Source of the DNA: Candidatus Arcticimaribacter sp.
GTDB taxonomy: Bacteria > Bacteroidota > Bacteroidia > Flavobacteriales > Flavobacteriaceae
Assembly (NCBI GenBank): GCA_965655585.1
Contig: CBFHHG010000001.1
Coordinates: 68,630-132,629 of the forward strand
Length of the DNA stretch: 64,000 bases
Reading direction: 5' to 3'
The number at the start of each line of letters is the position of its first letter. The first letter of the stretch is position 1. Below are positions 17,286 to 25,170 of this stretch, piece after piece. The notes under the pieces are model-generated. The model searched no databases and was not told where the DNA came from. It saw nothing but the letters and a program-made list of their open reading frames with translations. The position numbers and the translations under genes were made by a program.

Positions 17286-18827
17286 TTAATGAAAGACTAG
17301 GTGCAAGGTAAGTAAACTTATGAAGAGTAAAACCCCCCAAAACGTATGCTTAGGGGAAGCAGCTTTGAATAGACCACCGATCGAAACCATTCGGTTTTGA
17401 TTGCCTAAAAGGGATATGGATAATCCCGAAAAAATCACCCAAAAAGCACGAACAAAGTAATTCATTTCTGGAAATGTTAGTTGCAACAGGATGTTAATGG
17501 GAACGGTAATTAAGAACGCACTAAGAATTAGTTTTGTTTTAGGTTTTACAATTAAAACAGCACTACAGATCAATACTACGATTCCACAATTTATGTAATA
17601 CCTCAGGTTGTTGAGTGTATGGGTAAAGGCAGAGTCGGGATCATCAAATTTGAGATAAAGTAAAATCATTCCCATAAGCAAAGCAGTTCCCAAACTCACT
17701 AAAATGGCTTTACGACCGGCACTTATTTTATCAGTATCGTTGGCTCTAGGATTCAAATAGGTTGCATAAATGTCAACAGACCAAAGAGTAGCTAAAGAGT
17801 TAAAGGTAGAGTCTACAGTACTCATCAAGGAAGCAAATAAACCACATAAGATAATACCCTTAACGCCAACAGGTAAGTAGGTTTTAACCAAATAAGGAAA
17901 GGCTAAATCCGGCTCTCCCAGGCTGTCACCAAGAATTCCGTAAAGCGCAATTCCAGGTACAACAATTAGCACAGCCATCAAATATTTTATTAAACCGCCT
18001 ACCATTAAACCTGTTTGAGCATGTGCTATGCTTTTCGCTGCCAGAGCGCGTTGCATTACCGTTTGATTGGCACACCAATAATTGATATTGAGAAAGAACA
18101 GACCAAAGAGATGAGTCCAAGGAAGTGTTTCGTGGGAGGAGGGTAGGTGCAAATGCATCTTTTCGGGAGTTTTGATGTACAGTTGTTCCCAACCTCCTAA
18201 ATGATAAACTGCGGTGAGGCAAACTACAACGCCTCCGATTAATAAAATCCCAAATTGGAGGATATCGGTTTTCACCACGGCACTCATTCCTCCGTGATAG
18301 GTATAGATTGCAGAGAATACGCCTAAAATTAAAATTAAAATTCCAATGCGAATGACTCTATTGGAATGGATGAAAGCAAGCTGTTCTCCAAAGACCATGT
18401 CGGCTGCATAAGCTCCCCAAAAAAGAGCTGCTCCTAGGGTTATTGTTGCAAAAAGGCTGATGTTCGCCAAGGAATAAAAAAGAGCTACGCGTGCTCCTAA
18501 TTTGGTCTTAATGAACTGACTAATGGTTGTAATTTTTTCTTTCAGAAAAAGTGGGACGAACACAAAAGTTCCGAGTAAAATTCCTTGCACTGCGTTGATT
18601 TCTAAATTCGCCTGTGCCAGCCCATAGAGGTAGGCAGACCCCATCATTCCTAAAAACTGATAGCCTTGGATATTGGTTGCAATGGTTGAAAGGGCAATAG
18701 AATACCAAGAAAGATTTCTTGAACTCAGGAAGTAATCTTCTGCTGTAGCGTTTGCTTTTATTTTTCCTTTTAAAGCAATAAAAAGAATTAAACCAAAGTA
18801 CCCCAGAACGATTACAAAGTCGATCAT
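17286..18827 (-). CDS. sodium:solute symporter (SSS/SGLT-like) family transporter
   Basis: It is 513 aa and polytopic, with the SSS N-terminal pattern DYFLSSRNLSWYSIALSTIATN. Confidence 0.9.
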   Translation of the reverse strand: MIDFVIVLGYFGLILFIALKGKIKANATAEDYFLSSRNLSWYSIALSTIATNIQGYQFLGMMGSAYLYGLAQANLEINAVQGILLGTFVFVPLFLKEKITTISQFIKTKLGARVALFYSLANISLFATITLGAALFWGAYAADMVFGEQLAFIHSNRVIRIGILILILGVFSAIYTYHGGMSAVVKTDILQFGILLIGGVVVCLTAVYHLGGWEQLYIKTPEKMHLHLPSSHETLPWTHLFGLFFLNINYWCANQTVMQRALAAKSIAHAQTGLMVGGLIKYLMAVLIVVPGIALYGILGDSLGEPDLAFPYLVKTYLPVGVKGIILCGLFASLMSTVDSTFNSLATLWSVDIYATYLNPRANDTDKISAGRKAILVSLGTALLMGMILLYLKFDDPDSAFTHTLNNLRYYINCGIVVLICSAVLIVKPKTKLILSAFLITVPINILLQLTFPEMNYFVRAFWVIFSGLSISLLGNQNRMVSIGGLFKAASPKHTFWGVLLFISLLTLHLVFH

Positions 18828-18830
18828 AAA

Positions 18831-19991
18831 TCAGTTTCTTGGTCCTTTTTCTAAAGGGGTATTGGGAGCTTCTTTGGGTATTCTACCCATGACTTCTGGA
18901 AGAGAAACCGTTTTCAAACGCGGCAATACAAGTTTTGCAAAATAGTCAGCTTCTTGTTTGTGAGGATAACCCGAGAAAATAAAAGAGCGGATTCCCATTT
19001 TAATATACCGTTGAATTTTATCATACACTTGATCTGGATTTCCAACAATTGCCGCGCCGCAACCTGATCGAGCCAAGCCAATTCCAGTCCATAAATGAGG
19101 CTCTACAAAATAATCTTCATCAGCTGAATCTCTTAGTTCGGACTGTCTAGAAACGCCAAGAGATTTGGCGTCTTGTGCGCGGTTTCGAATTTCATCTCCT
19201 TGTTTTAGATCAAGTTTTGAAATCAGATATTGCGCATAAGCTTTGGCTTCCTCTTCGGTTTCACGAACGATTACATGAACACGTAGGCCAAATAAGACCG
19301 TTCTTCCAAAGCCAGCAGCTTGGTTTGTCATGGTATTCATTAGGCCTTGGAGTTTATCTTCTGTTTCAGGCCACATTAAATACACGTCACAATGTTCTGC
19401 ACAAAGCGCTACGCCTTCGGGTGAATATCCTCCAAAGTACAACAGTGGCCCTCCATTTTGTTGATAGGGTTTTACTGGAGCAGCCGAAAGTTTTATTTGG
19501 TAGAATTCTCCTTGAAAATCTATTTCTTCTTGGGTCCAGGCTTGTTTCAAAATCGCAATAACTTCTCTCGATCGAGCGTAGCGTTGAGAGCTGGAGAGCT
19601 CCGTGCCCGGTAAATCCGATGAAATGATGTTGATGGTGAGCCTTCCCTTTAGAATATGGTCTAGAGTAGCCAGCGCACGGGCAAGCATGGGCGGGTGAAC
19701 TTCTCCACATCGGATAGCCGTAAGCAGGTTGATCTGATTTGTTAATGGTGCCATTGCTGAGGCAAAGGTTAAGGTATCTTGACCTACCTGATAAGAAGAA
19801 GGACACAAAATATTTCTAAAACCCAAACCATCGGCAGTTGTTACAATATCAGATGTGTTCTCCCAACTGCTTTTAAAGGCCGGATTTCTATGCCCTAAAA
19901 AGTCATCATCTCCATCGCAAAGGGGAGCAAACCAAGAAATTTCAGCTCCTTCAAAAACGGGTAGTTTTTGTATTGTTTTTATTTCGCTCAT
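18831..19991 (-). CDS. LLM-class flavin-dependent monooxygenase, SsuD (alkanesulfonate monooxygenase)-like
   Basis: Blocks align by eye with E. coli SsuD. They are [13 protein letters not shown] (vs RLHVIVRETNDEA), [19 protein letters not shown] (vs LWAGVGLVRGGAGTALVGD) and SFIFSGYPH (vs SFVLSGYPH). Confidence 0.85.
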   Translation of the reverse strand: MSEIKTIQKLPVFEGAEISWFAPLCDGDDDFLGHRNPAFKSSWENTSDIVTTADGLGFRNILCPSSYQVGQDTLTFASAMAPLTNQINLLTAIRCGEVHPPMLARALATLDHILKGRLTINIISSDLPGTELSSSQRYARSREVIAILKQAWTQEEIDFQGEFYQIKLSAAPVKPYQQNGGPLLYFGGYSPEGVALCAEHCDVYLMWPETEDKLQGLMNTMTNQAAGFGRTVLFGLRVHVIVRETEEEAKAYAQYLISKLDLKQGDEIRNRAQDAKSLGVSRQSELRDSADEDYFVEPHLWTGIGLARSGCGAAIVGNPDQVYDKIQRYIKMGIRSFIFSGYPHKQEADYFAKLVLPRLKTVSLPEVMGRIPKEAPNTPLEKGPRN

Positions 19992-20054
19992 TTAAAATAG
20001 TATGCAACAAGTTAACTAAGAATTAATTGCCTGCACAAGATTTCAAGGGGAATC

Positions 20055-20267
20055 TTACTTTTCTGTTTCTTTTGGCTTCTCAAAAAGAAAAATCTTTTCG
20101 ATGGGAAGTTTAAATAATTGAGAGATTAAAAAAGTTGTTGGTAAACTCGGATCAAACTTTTCTTTTTCAATTGCATTGATTGTTTGCCTTGAAACTCCAA
20201 TGATTGAAGCGAGTTCTTCTTGAGTTAAATTTTTTTCAGCACGCAGAACCTTTAATCTATTTTTCAT
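20055..20267 (-). CDS. XRE-family HTH transcriptional regulator (70 aa)
   Basis: The HTH_3 motif is LTQEELASIIGVSRQTINAIEKEKFDPSL. It shares an ATGA start/stop overlap with the upstream membrane-protein gene. Confidence 0.9.
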   Translation of the reverse strand: MKNRLKVLRAEKNLTQEELASIIGVSRQTINAIEKEKFDPSLPTTFLISQLFKLPIEKIFLFEKPKETEK

Positions 20268-20641
20268 TTATACTTTCTGTTGTTTATAATGGTTGCTACT
20301 AAATAGGTGATACCGATAAATAAAACCAAGATGCTAATTTCTGCATCACCTGAAATTAAATTCTTTTGATCAAGTAGCGAATAACATAATCCTACAATTA
20401 CTGCCAGACCAAGGGTTAAACTCATTGATTCGAGATGAATTTTTTTCTGTAATTCATCACCGCTGTTAATGAACTTTCTGTTAGCTAGAATCATTCGGAC
20501 TCCAATAATTAGATTAGCAATTATGGCTAAAAGAGTACCAATTGACTCTTCATTCCATAGAAATTGAGGCCCAAATGTTGCTATAGCCATGGATAGAACC
20601 CAGACAAATGTCCAAATTTTAAGTTCTTTTGTATTTTTCAT
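20264..20641 (-). CDS. small 4-TM membrane protein of unknown function, co-translated with the XRE regulator
   Basis: It is 125 aa with four hydrophobic segments. It is the first gene of the pair. Confidence 0.7.
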   Translation of the reverse strand: MKNTKELKIWTFVWVLSMAIATFGPQFLWNEESIGTLLAIIANLIIGVRMILANRKFINSGDELQKKIHLESMSLTLGLAVIVGLCYSLLDQKNLISGDAEISILVLFIGITYLVATIINNRKYK

Positions 20642-20657
20642 ATAAGGTTAAGTTTTA

Positions 20658-20718
20658 TTTACATTATGTAAAGTTTGTTTTACAAATGTAAATAAAAAAA
20701 TGTAAAGTGTTGTTTACA
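20658..20718. promoter_or_regulatory. cluster of three TTTACA/TGTAAA palindromes (putative XRE operator) overlapping the promoter
   Basis: The palindromes are TTTACA-N3-TGTAAA (20658-20672), TTTACA-N2-TGTAAA (20679-20692) and TGTAAA-N6-TTTACA (20701-20718). The minus-strand -7 box TACATTTG at 20683-20690 lies inside the second one. Confidence 0.45.
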
Positions 20719-20740
20719 TTTAAGAAATTTTTATAAAAAA

Positions 20741-20762
20741 ACCCTTCATTTTACTGAAGGGT
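20741..20762 (-). terminator. intrinsic terminator hairpin with no annotated gene upstream of it
   Basis: The stem ACCCTTCA/TGAAGGGT is 8 bp with a 6-nt loop. On the minus strand it is followed by TTTTTTAT. Confidence 0.5.
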
Positions 20763-21093
20763 TTTCTAAGGTTTTAATGTAATATAGCGTTAGTCTAAGC
20801 TTAAAGTTAAAATGTTAATCTTTCCAAAGATACACTTTTTAGCTAAAATATCTCAAGAAAACAAACAGATTTTTATTGTAAACAACTAAAAAAAAGCTTA
20901 AATGTTGTTTTAACTTCCTAAGAAAATACCTTCTGCTTTTACGCAACATCCTATAATATAAATTTGAGGAGGCTCTTGCAAATAAAAAAAATCTGAAGCT
21001 GGAAGACATCCTTTGTATTAAACGATAATGCTTTAATTTTGATGCTACTTTTATTTCCAATTAGTCATTCCGTATTAATTTATAAAATTCAAG

Positions 21094-21101
21094 TAGTTTT
21101 G
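21094..21101 (+). promoter_or_regulatory. -7 promoter box (TAGTTTTG) 4 nt before the galE ATG
   Basis: It matches TAnnTTTG. The ATG is at 21106. Confidence 0.35.
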
Positions 21102-21105
21102 TCTT

Positions 21106-22137
21106 ATGAAAAAGAAAATAATTGTGACGGGAGGTTGCGGCTATATTGGATCCCATACGGTTATTGAATTGATTGAAAGTGGATATGATGTGCTTGTTTT
21201 TGATAATCTTTCCAATTCAACAGAAGCTTCCTTGGATCGTATAAAGCAAATTACAGGAACACGCCCAGCCTTTATTCAGATTGATTTATCAGATGCTAAA
21301 CAAACCAATAGCCTCTTTAAACAGCATCAAGATGCACAGGCTGTAATTCATTTTGCAGCACATAAAGCTGTTGGAGAATCGGTTGCAGATCCATTAAAGT
21401 ACTATCAAAATAATTTGTTTGCACTGATTAATACACTTACATCTCAAAGAGAAAATGGGATTGATAAATTTATTTTTTCTTCATCGGCTACAGTTTATGG
21501 AGATCCAGATCATTTGCCTGTTAGCGAAGAAAGCGACCTGAAGCGCGCTTCATCTCCCTATGGGAATTCTAAAAAAATTGGCGAAGAAATATTAGAAGAT
21601 CTCACAAAATCAGATTTAACTTTTTCTGTAATATCGCTGCGTTATTTCAACCCAATTGGAGCTCATGCTTCTGGTTTTATTGGCGAAATCCCATCGGGAA
21701 TTCCAAACAACCTAATGCCCTATATAACGCAAACTGCTGCAGGTATTCGAGAGCAGTTATTGGTTTATGGGAACGATTATCCAACTACAGACGGAACAGC
21801 TATTCGCGATTATATTCATGTTGTAGATTTGGCTCAAGCACATGTTGTTGCACTGAAAAGACTTTTAGAACAAAAACAAGAAAGTCCGTTAGAGGTTTTT
21901 AATTTAGGAACAGCAAAAGGCTATTCGGTGCTTGAAGTAATCCATTCGTTTGAGTCTGTTTCTCAAGTACAATTGAACTACAAACTAACGGATAGAAGAG
22001 CAGGAGACATTGCTTCACTCTACGCTGCAACAGAACAAGCCGAAAAAAAACTCGGTTGGAAGGCTCAAAAAGGACTTGATGAAATGATGCGTTCTTCTTG
22101 GGCATGGGAACAATATTATAGGAGAAAGCAAGAATAA
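21106..22137 (+). CDS. galE: UDP-glucose 4-epimerase
   Basis: The Rossmann motif is VTGGCGYIGSH. The SDR catalytic YGNSK is present, and the similarity is GalE-like throughout. Confidence 0.95.
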   Translation: MKKKIIVTGGCGYIGSHTVIELIESGYDVLVFDNLSNSTEASLDRIKQITGTRPAFIQIDLSDAKQTNSLFKQHQDAQAVIHFAAHKAVGESVADPLKYYQNNLFALINTLTSQRENGIDKFIFSSSATVYGDPDHLPVSEESDLKRASSPYGNSKKIGEEILEDLTKSDLTFSVISLRYFNPIGAHASGFIGEIPSGIPNNLMPYITQTAAGIREQLLVYGNDYPTTDGTAIRDYIHVVDLAQAHVVALKRLLEQKQESPLEVFNLGTAKGYSVLEVIHSFESVSQVQLNYKLTDRRAGDIASLYAATEQAEKKLGWKAQKGLDEMMRSSWAWEQYYRRKQE

Positions 22138-22229
22138 GGACCGTAAACATTTATCCAGATACTTTTTTTTTCAATTCTTGAATTGACTACCTTGTAGTTG
22201 AGTTCCGAGATGGAGTGAAAACAAATAGA

Positions 22230-23921
22230 ATGAAGCAGAAAACTCAAGATGAAATCAAACGTTTTTCGATCCTAGATCGAGCGGAACAATTCCATAAAGC
22301 AAAAACAACACCCTTTGATTTAATTATTATTGGAGGTGGGGTTACCGGAGCTGGTGTTGCTTTAGACGCTTCTTCAAGAGGATTAAATGTATGTTTAATC
22401 GAAAAAAATGATTTTGCCTCTGGGACAAGTAGCAAGTCGACCAAACTGATTCATGGCGGCTTGCGTTACCTCAAACAATTTGAAATTGGCTTGGTACGAG
22501 AGTCAGGCTCTGAGCGAGCTATTGTCCATAAGCTTGCACCCCATTTAGTAGTTCCTGAAAAAATGTTATTACCGCTGATTAGGGGAGGAACCTATGGCAA
22601 ATGGATGACATCGATTGGTCTCAAAGTGTATGATTTATTGGCGAACGTAGGAGGTCAAGATCGAAGAAGAATGCTGGGGAAAAAGAAAACGCTACTCAAA
22701 GAACCCCTCCTAAACACGGACTCTGTTTTGGGAAGTGGATACTATGCAGAATACAGAACCGACGACGGAAGGTTAACCATAGAAATTCTAAAGAAAGCAA
22801 ATGAATTTGGAGCTACCATACTCAATTATTGCGAGATGAGCTCATTGGATTATGATGCAAACGGCCGAATTGAAAAACTCAATTGTATCGACCACAACAC
22901 TGGGAATACATTTCAAATAAAAGGCACCGTTTATGTTTCGGCTGCTGGACCTTGGGTCGATACCGTTCGTAAAAAAGACAATTCGATAAACAATAAATTC
23001 CTTCACCTCACCAAAGGGATTCACCTTGTGTTTCCTTATGATAAATTACCCATCAAACAGTCGGTATATTTTGACGTTGAAGATGGGAGAATGATTTTTG
23101 CAATTCCAAGGGGCAGAACAACCTATGTCGGGACTACGGACACTAATTATCACGGAACCTTGAATCGAGTAGTAGCAACAAAAGCCGATGCAGAATATTT
23201 ACTGAAAGCAACCAACCATACCTTTCAAGGGCTTAAACTAACTTTAGATGATATTGAGTCCAACTGGATTGGACTAAGACCGTTGATTCATGAAGTAGGG
23301 AAAGATCCTTCGGAACTCTCCCGAAAAGATGAACTCTTCCTCTCAAAAAGCGGCTTAATTTCTATTGCAGGTGGAAAGTTAACGGGTTATCGTAAAATGG
23401 CAGATCGAGTTCTTGCTGCCGTTTCAAAACAACTGACCCCCACTCAAAAGAAAAAACTTAAACGCTCATTTACTAAAAAAATCCCCTTGGTCACTCCGGC
23501 CATTAAAACAAGTAGAGAAGTAGTTGCTTATCAAGAGGAATTGAAAGGACAGTTAGCTGCCGATGGAATAACAGACCCCTATATGTCTTGGTATCTATGT
23601 ACAACCTATGGTAAAAATGCTGACTTAATTCTTGACAAAAAACCTACTTTTAAAGATGGATCAACGCAAGAACAATTGATTCGTGCCGAATTGTGGTACT
23701 GCATACAATACGAAATGACCAATAGCCTTGCGGATTTTTTTGTTCGCAGAACCGCCAGATTGTATTTTGATATTGGTAGTGTTACCCAATTTATGAAAAT
23801 CATCCTACAAGACTGTATCCATTATCTAGATTGGGATGAAAAACGAGTAGCTTTGGAACAAAAGATAATGGCTGAATTAATTCAAGATGCAACAGTGTAT
23901 TACGATAAGGAATTTGAATAG
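22230..23921 (+). CDS. glpD: FAD-dependent glycerol-3-phosphate dehydrogenase
   Basis: The FAD motif is IIIGGGVTGAGVALD, and GTSSKSTKLIHGGLRYL is also present. I prefer the ATG at 22230, but a GTG at 22215 is possible. Confidence 0.9.
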   Translation: MKQKTQDEIKRFSILDRAEQFHKAKTTPFDLIIIGGGVTGAGVALDASSRGLNVCLIEKNDFASGTSSKSTKLIHGGLRYLKQFEIGLVRESGSERAIVHKLAPHLVVPEKMLLPLIRGGTYGKWMTSIGLKVYDLLANVGGQDRRRMLGKKKTLLKEPLLNTDSVLGSGYYAEYRTDDGRLTIEILKKANEFGATILNYCEMSSLDYDANGRIEKLNCIDHNTGNTFQIKGTVYVSAAGPWVDTVRKKDNSINNKFLHLTKGIHLVFPYDKLPIKQSVYFDVEDGRMIFAIPRGRTTYVGTTDTNYHGTLNRVVATKADAEYLLKATNHTFQGLKLTLDDIESNWIGLRPLIHEVGKDPSELSRKDELFLSKSGLISIAGGKLTGYRKMADRVLAAVSKQLTPTQKKKLKRSFTKKIPLVTPAIKTSREVVAYQEELKGQLAADGITDPYMSWYLCTTYGKNADLILDKKPTFKDGSTQEQLIRAELWYCIQYEMTNSLADFFVRRTARLYFDIGSVTQFMKIILQDCIHYLDWDEKRVALEQKIMAELIQDATVYYDKEFE

Positions 23922-24066
23922 CACCCTGTTTTTTGATTCTCAAATAAAATCACATGAAAAAACTAGTGGCAGTATGCGTACTTCTTTTTTGTTCTTAATT
24001 GCGAGAAAACCTTACCGTGATTTAAGGCGTTGAATTCTTTAGAATGTATTAGAAAATAACACGGCT

Positions 24067-24975
24067 TTAATTCAAAAATCGAAATTCTTGAGGTGAATAC
24101 CCAACCTTTTGTTTGAACAACCTACTAAAATGCTGTGGGTATTTAAAACCCAATTCGTGAGCAATTTCACTTACAGATTTAGTACGTTCAAAAACTTTTT
24201 CCTTAGCAAAGTCAATAAGTTTGGATTGGATGTATTCTTGTGCTGATTTCCCAGCTTCTTTTTTAATCAAATCACCAAAATAATTAGAAGATAAATGCAA
24301 TTGTTCTGCAAAATAAGTAACGGATGGTAATCCAAATATTTGAGGTTTTTCTGACGTAAAGTAATCATTTAATAGAAGATCAAACTTTTCTAATACGGTA
24401 TTATGTGTGGCTTCTCTTGTAAGGAATTGGCGGTCATAAAATCGCGAACAATAGTTGAGCAATAATTCCAGGTTAGAAGCAATTAACTGTTTGCTGTGTT
24501 TATCCAAATTCTGTTCCAATTCAAATTGAATATTATCTAGTACACCAAGAATGAGTTTTCTTTCTTTGGTTGACAGATGTAAGGCCTCATTTACAGCATA
24601 AGAGAAAAAAGAATAGCTGTTTATTTTTTTATCCAAATCTGTTCCTAAGAGTAAATCAGGATGAAAAAGTAAGGCATATCCTTTGGGGATATAATTTTTG
24701 TCATAGCTAAAACCAACAGATTGTTGTGGAGCTATGAATACCATTGTACCGTCATCATAATCATACGACTTCCCACCATATTTCATTTTGCAAGACTTAT
24801 TGTCCTTCAAGAAAATGGCAAAGCATTCAAAAGAAAATCCATTGTGTACGGGCAATGTATTGGGGTCTGGCTTAAAATCATCGAAATTTAAGATGCCTAC
24901 CAAAGGATGTAACAGCTCATGGTTTCGCAATTTGAAATAGGTGCCAACACTGTCAATGGCTAAATAATTTTCCAT
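24067..24975 (-). CDS. AraC family transcriptional regulator
   Basis: The C-terminal double HTH is ...VSEIAHELGFKYPQHFSRLFKQKVGYSPQEFR. I prefer the ATG at 24975 (MENYLAI). Confidence 0.9.
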   Translation of the reverse strand: MENYLAIDSVGTYFKLRNHELLHPLVGILNFDDFKPDPNTLPVHNGFSFECFAIFLKDNKSCKMKYGGKSYDYDDGTMVFIAPQQSVGFSYDKNYIPKGYALLFHPDLLLGTDLDKKINSYSFFSYAVNEALHLSTKERKLILGVLDNIQFELEQNLDKHSKQLIASNLELLLNYCSRFYDRQFLTREATHNTVLEKFDLLLNDYFTSEKPQIFGLPSVTYFAEQLHLSSNYFGDLIKKEAGKSAQEYIQSKLIDFAKEKVFERTKSVSEIAHELGFKYPQHFSRLFKQKVGYSPQEFRFLN

Positions 24976-25170
24976 AAATTCACATCGATTCTTTAAGTAA
25001 ATATAATACATCTTGAATAGGATAGTGGTGTAATCAGTAATAATGGTACAAACATCTGTAATTGAGGTAAGTCAATGGGTGTAATAAAGATTATTTTTGA
25101 TATTGAATTCGATGATCCACACACAAAATAAGATGGGAACTAGTTTATTTATTGCTTAAATTCAATTTTT

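Noticed and set aside
20839-21060. 73-aa minus-strand ORF in the galE upstream gap
   Set aside because: The sequence is extremely basic and low-complexity, with no promoter box in front of it and no family resemblance. I treat it as non-coding, and the region is reported instead as a possible sRNA locus.
23954-23998. 14-aa ORF (MKKLVAVCVLLFCS) downstream of glpD
   Set aside because: It is too short and has no promoter or conservation evidence that I can assess, so it is probably fortuitous.
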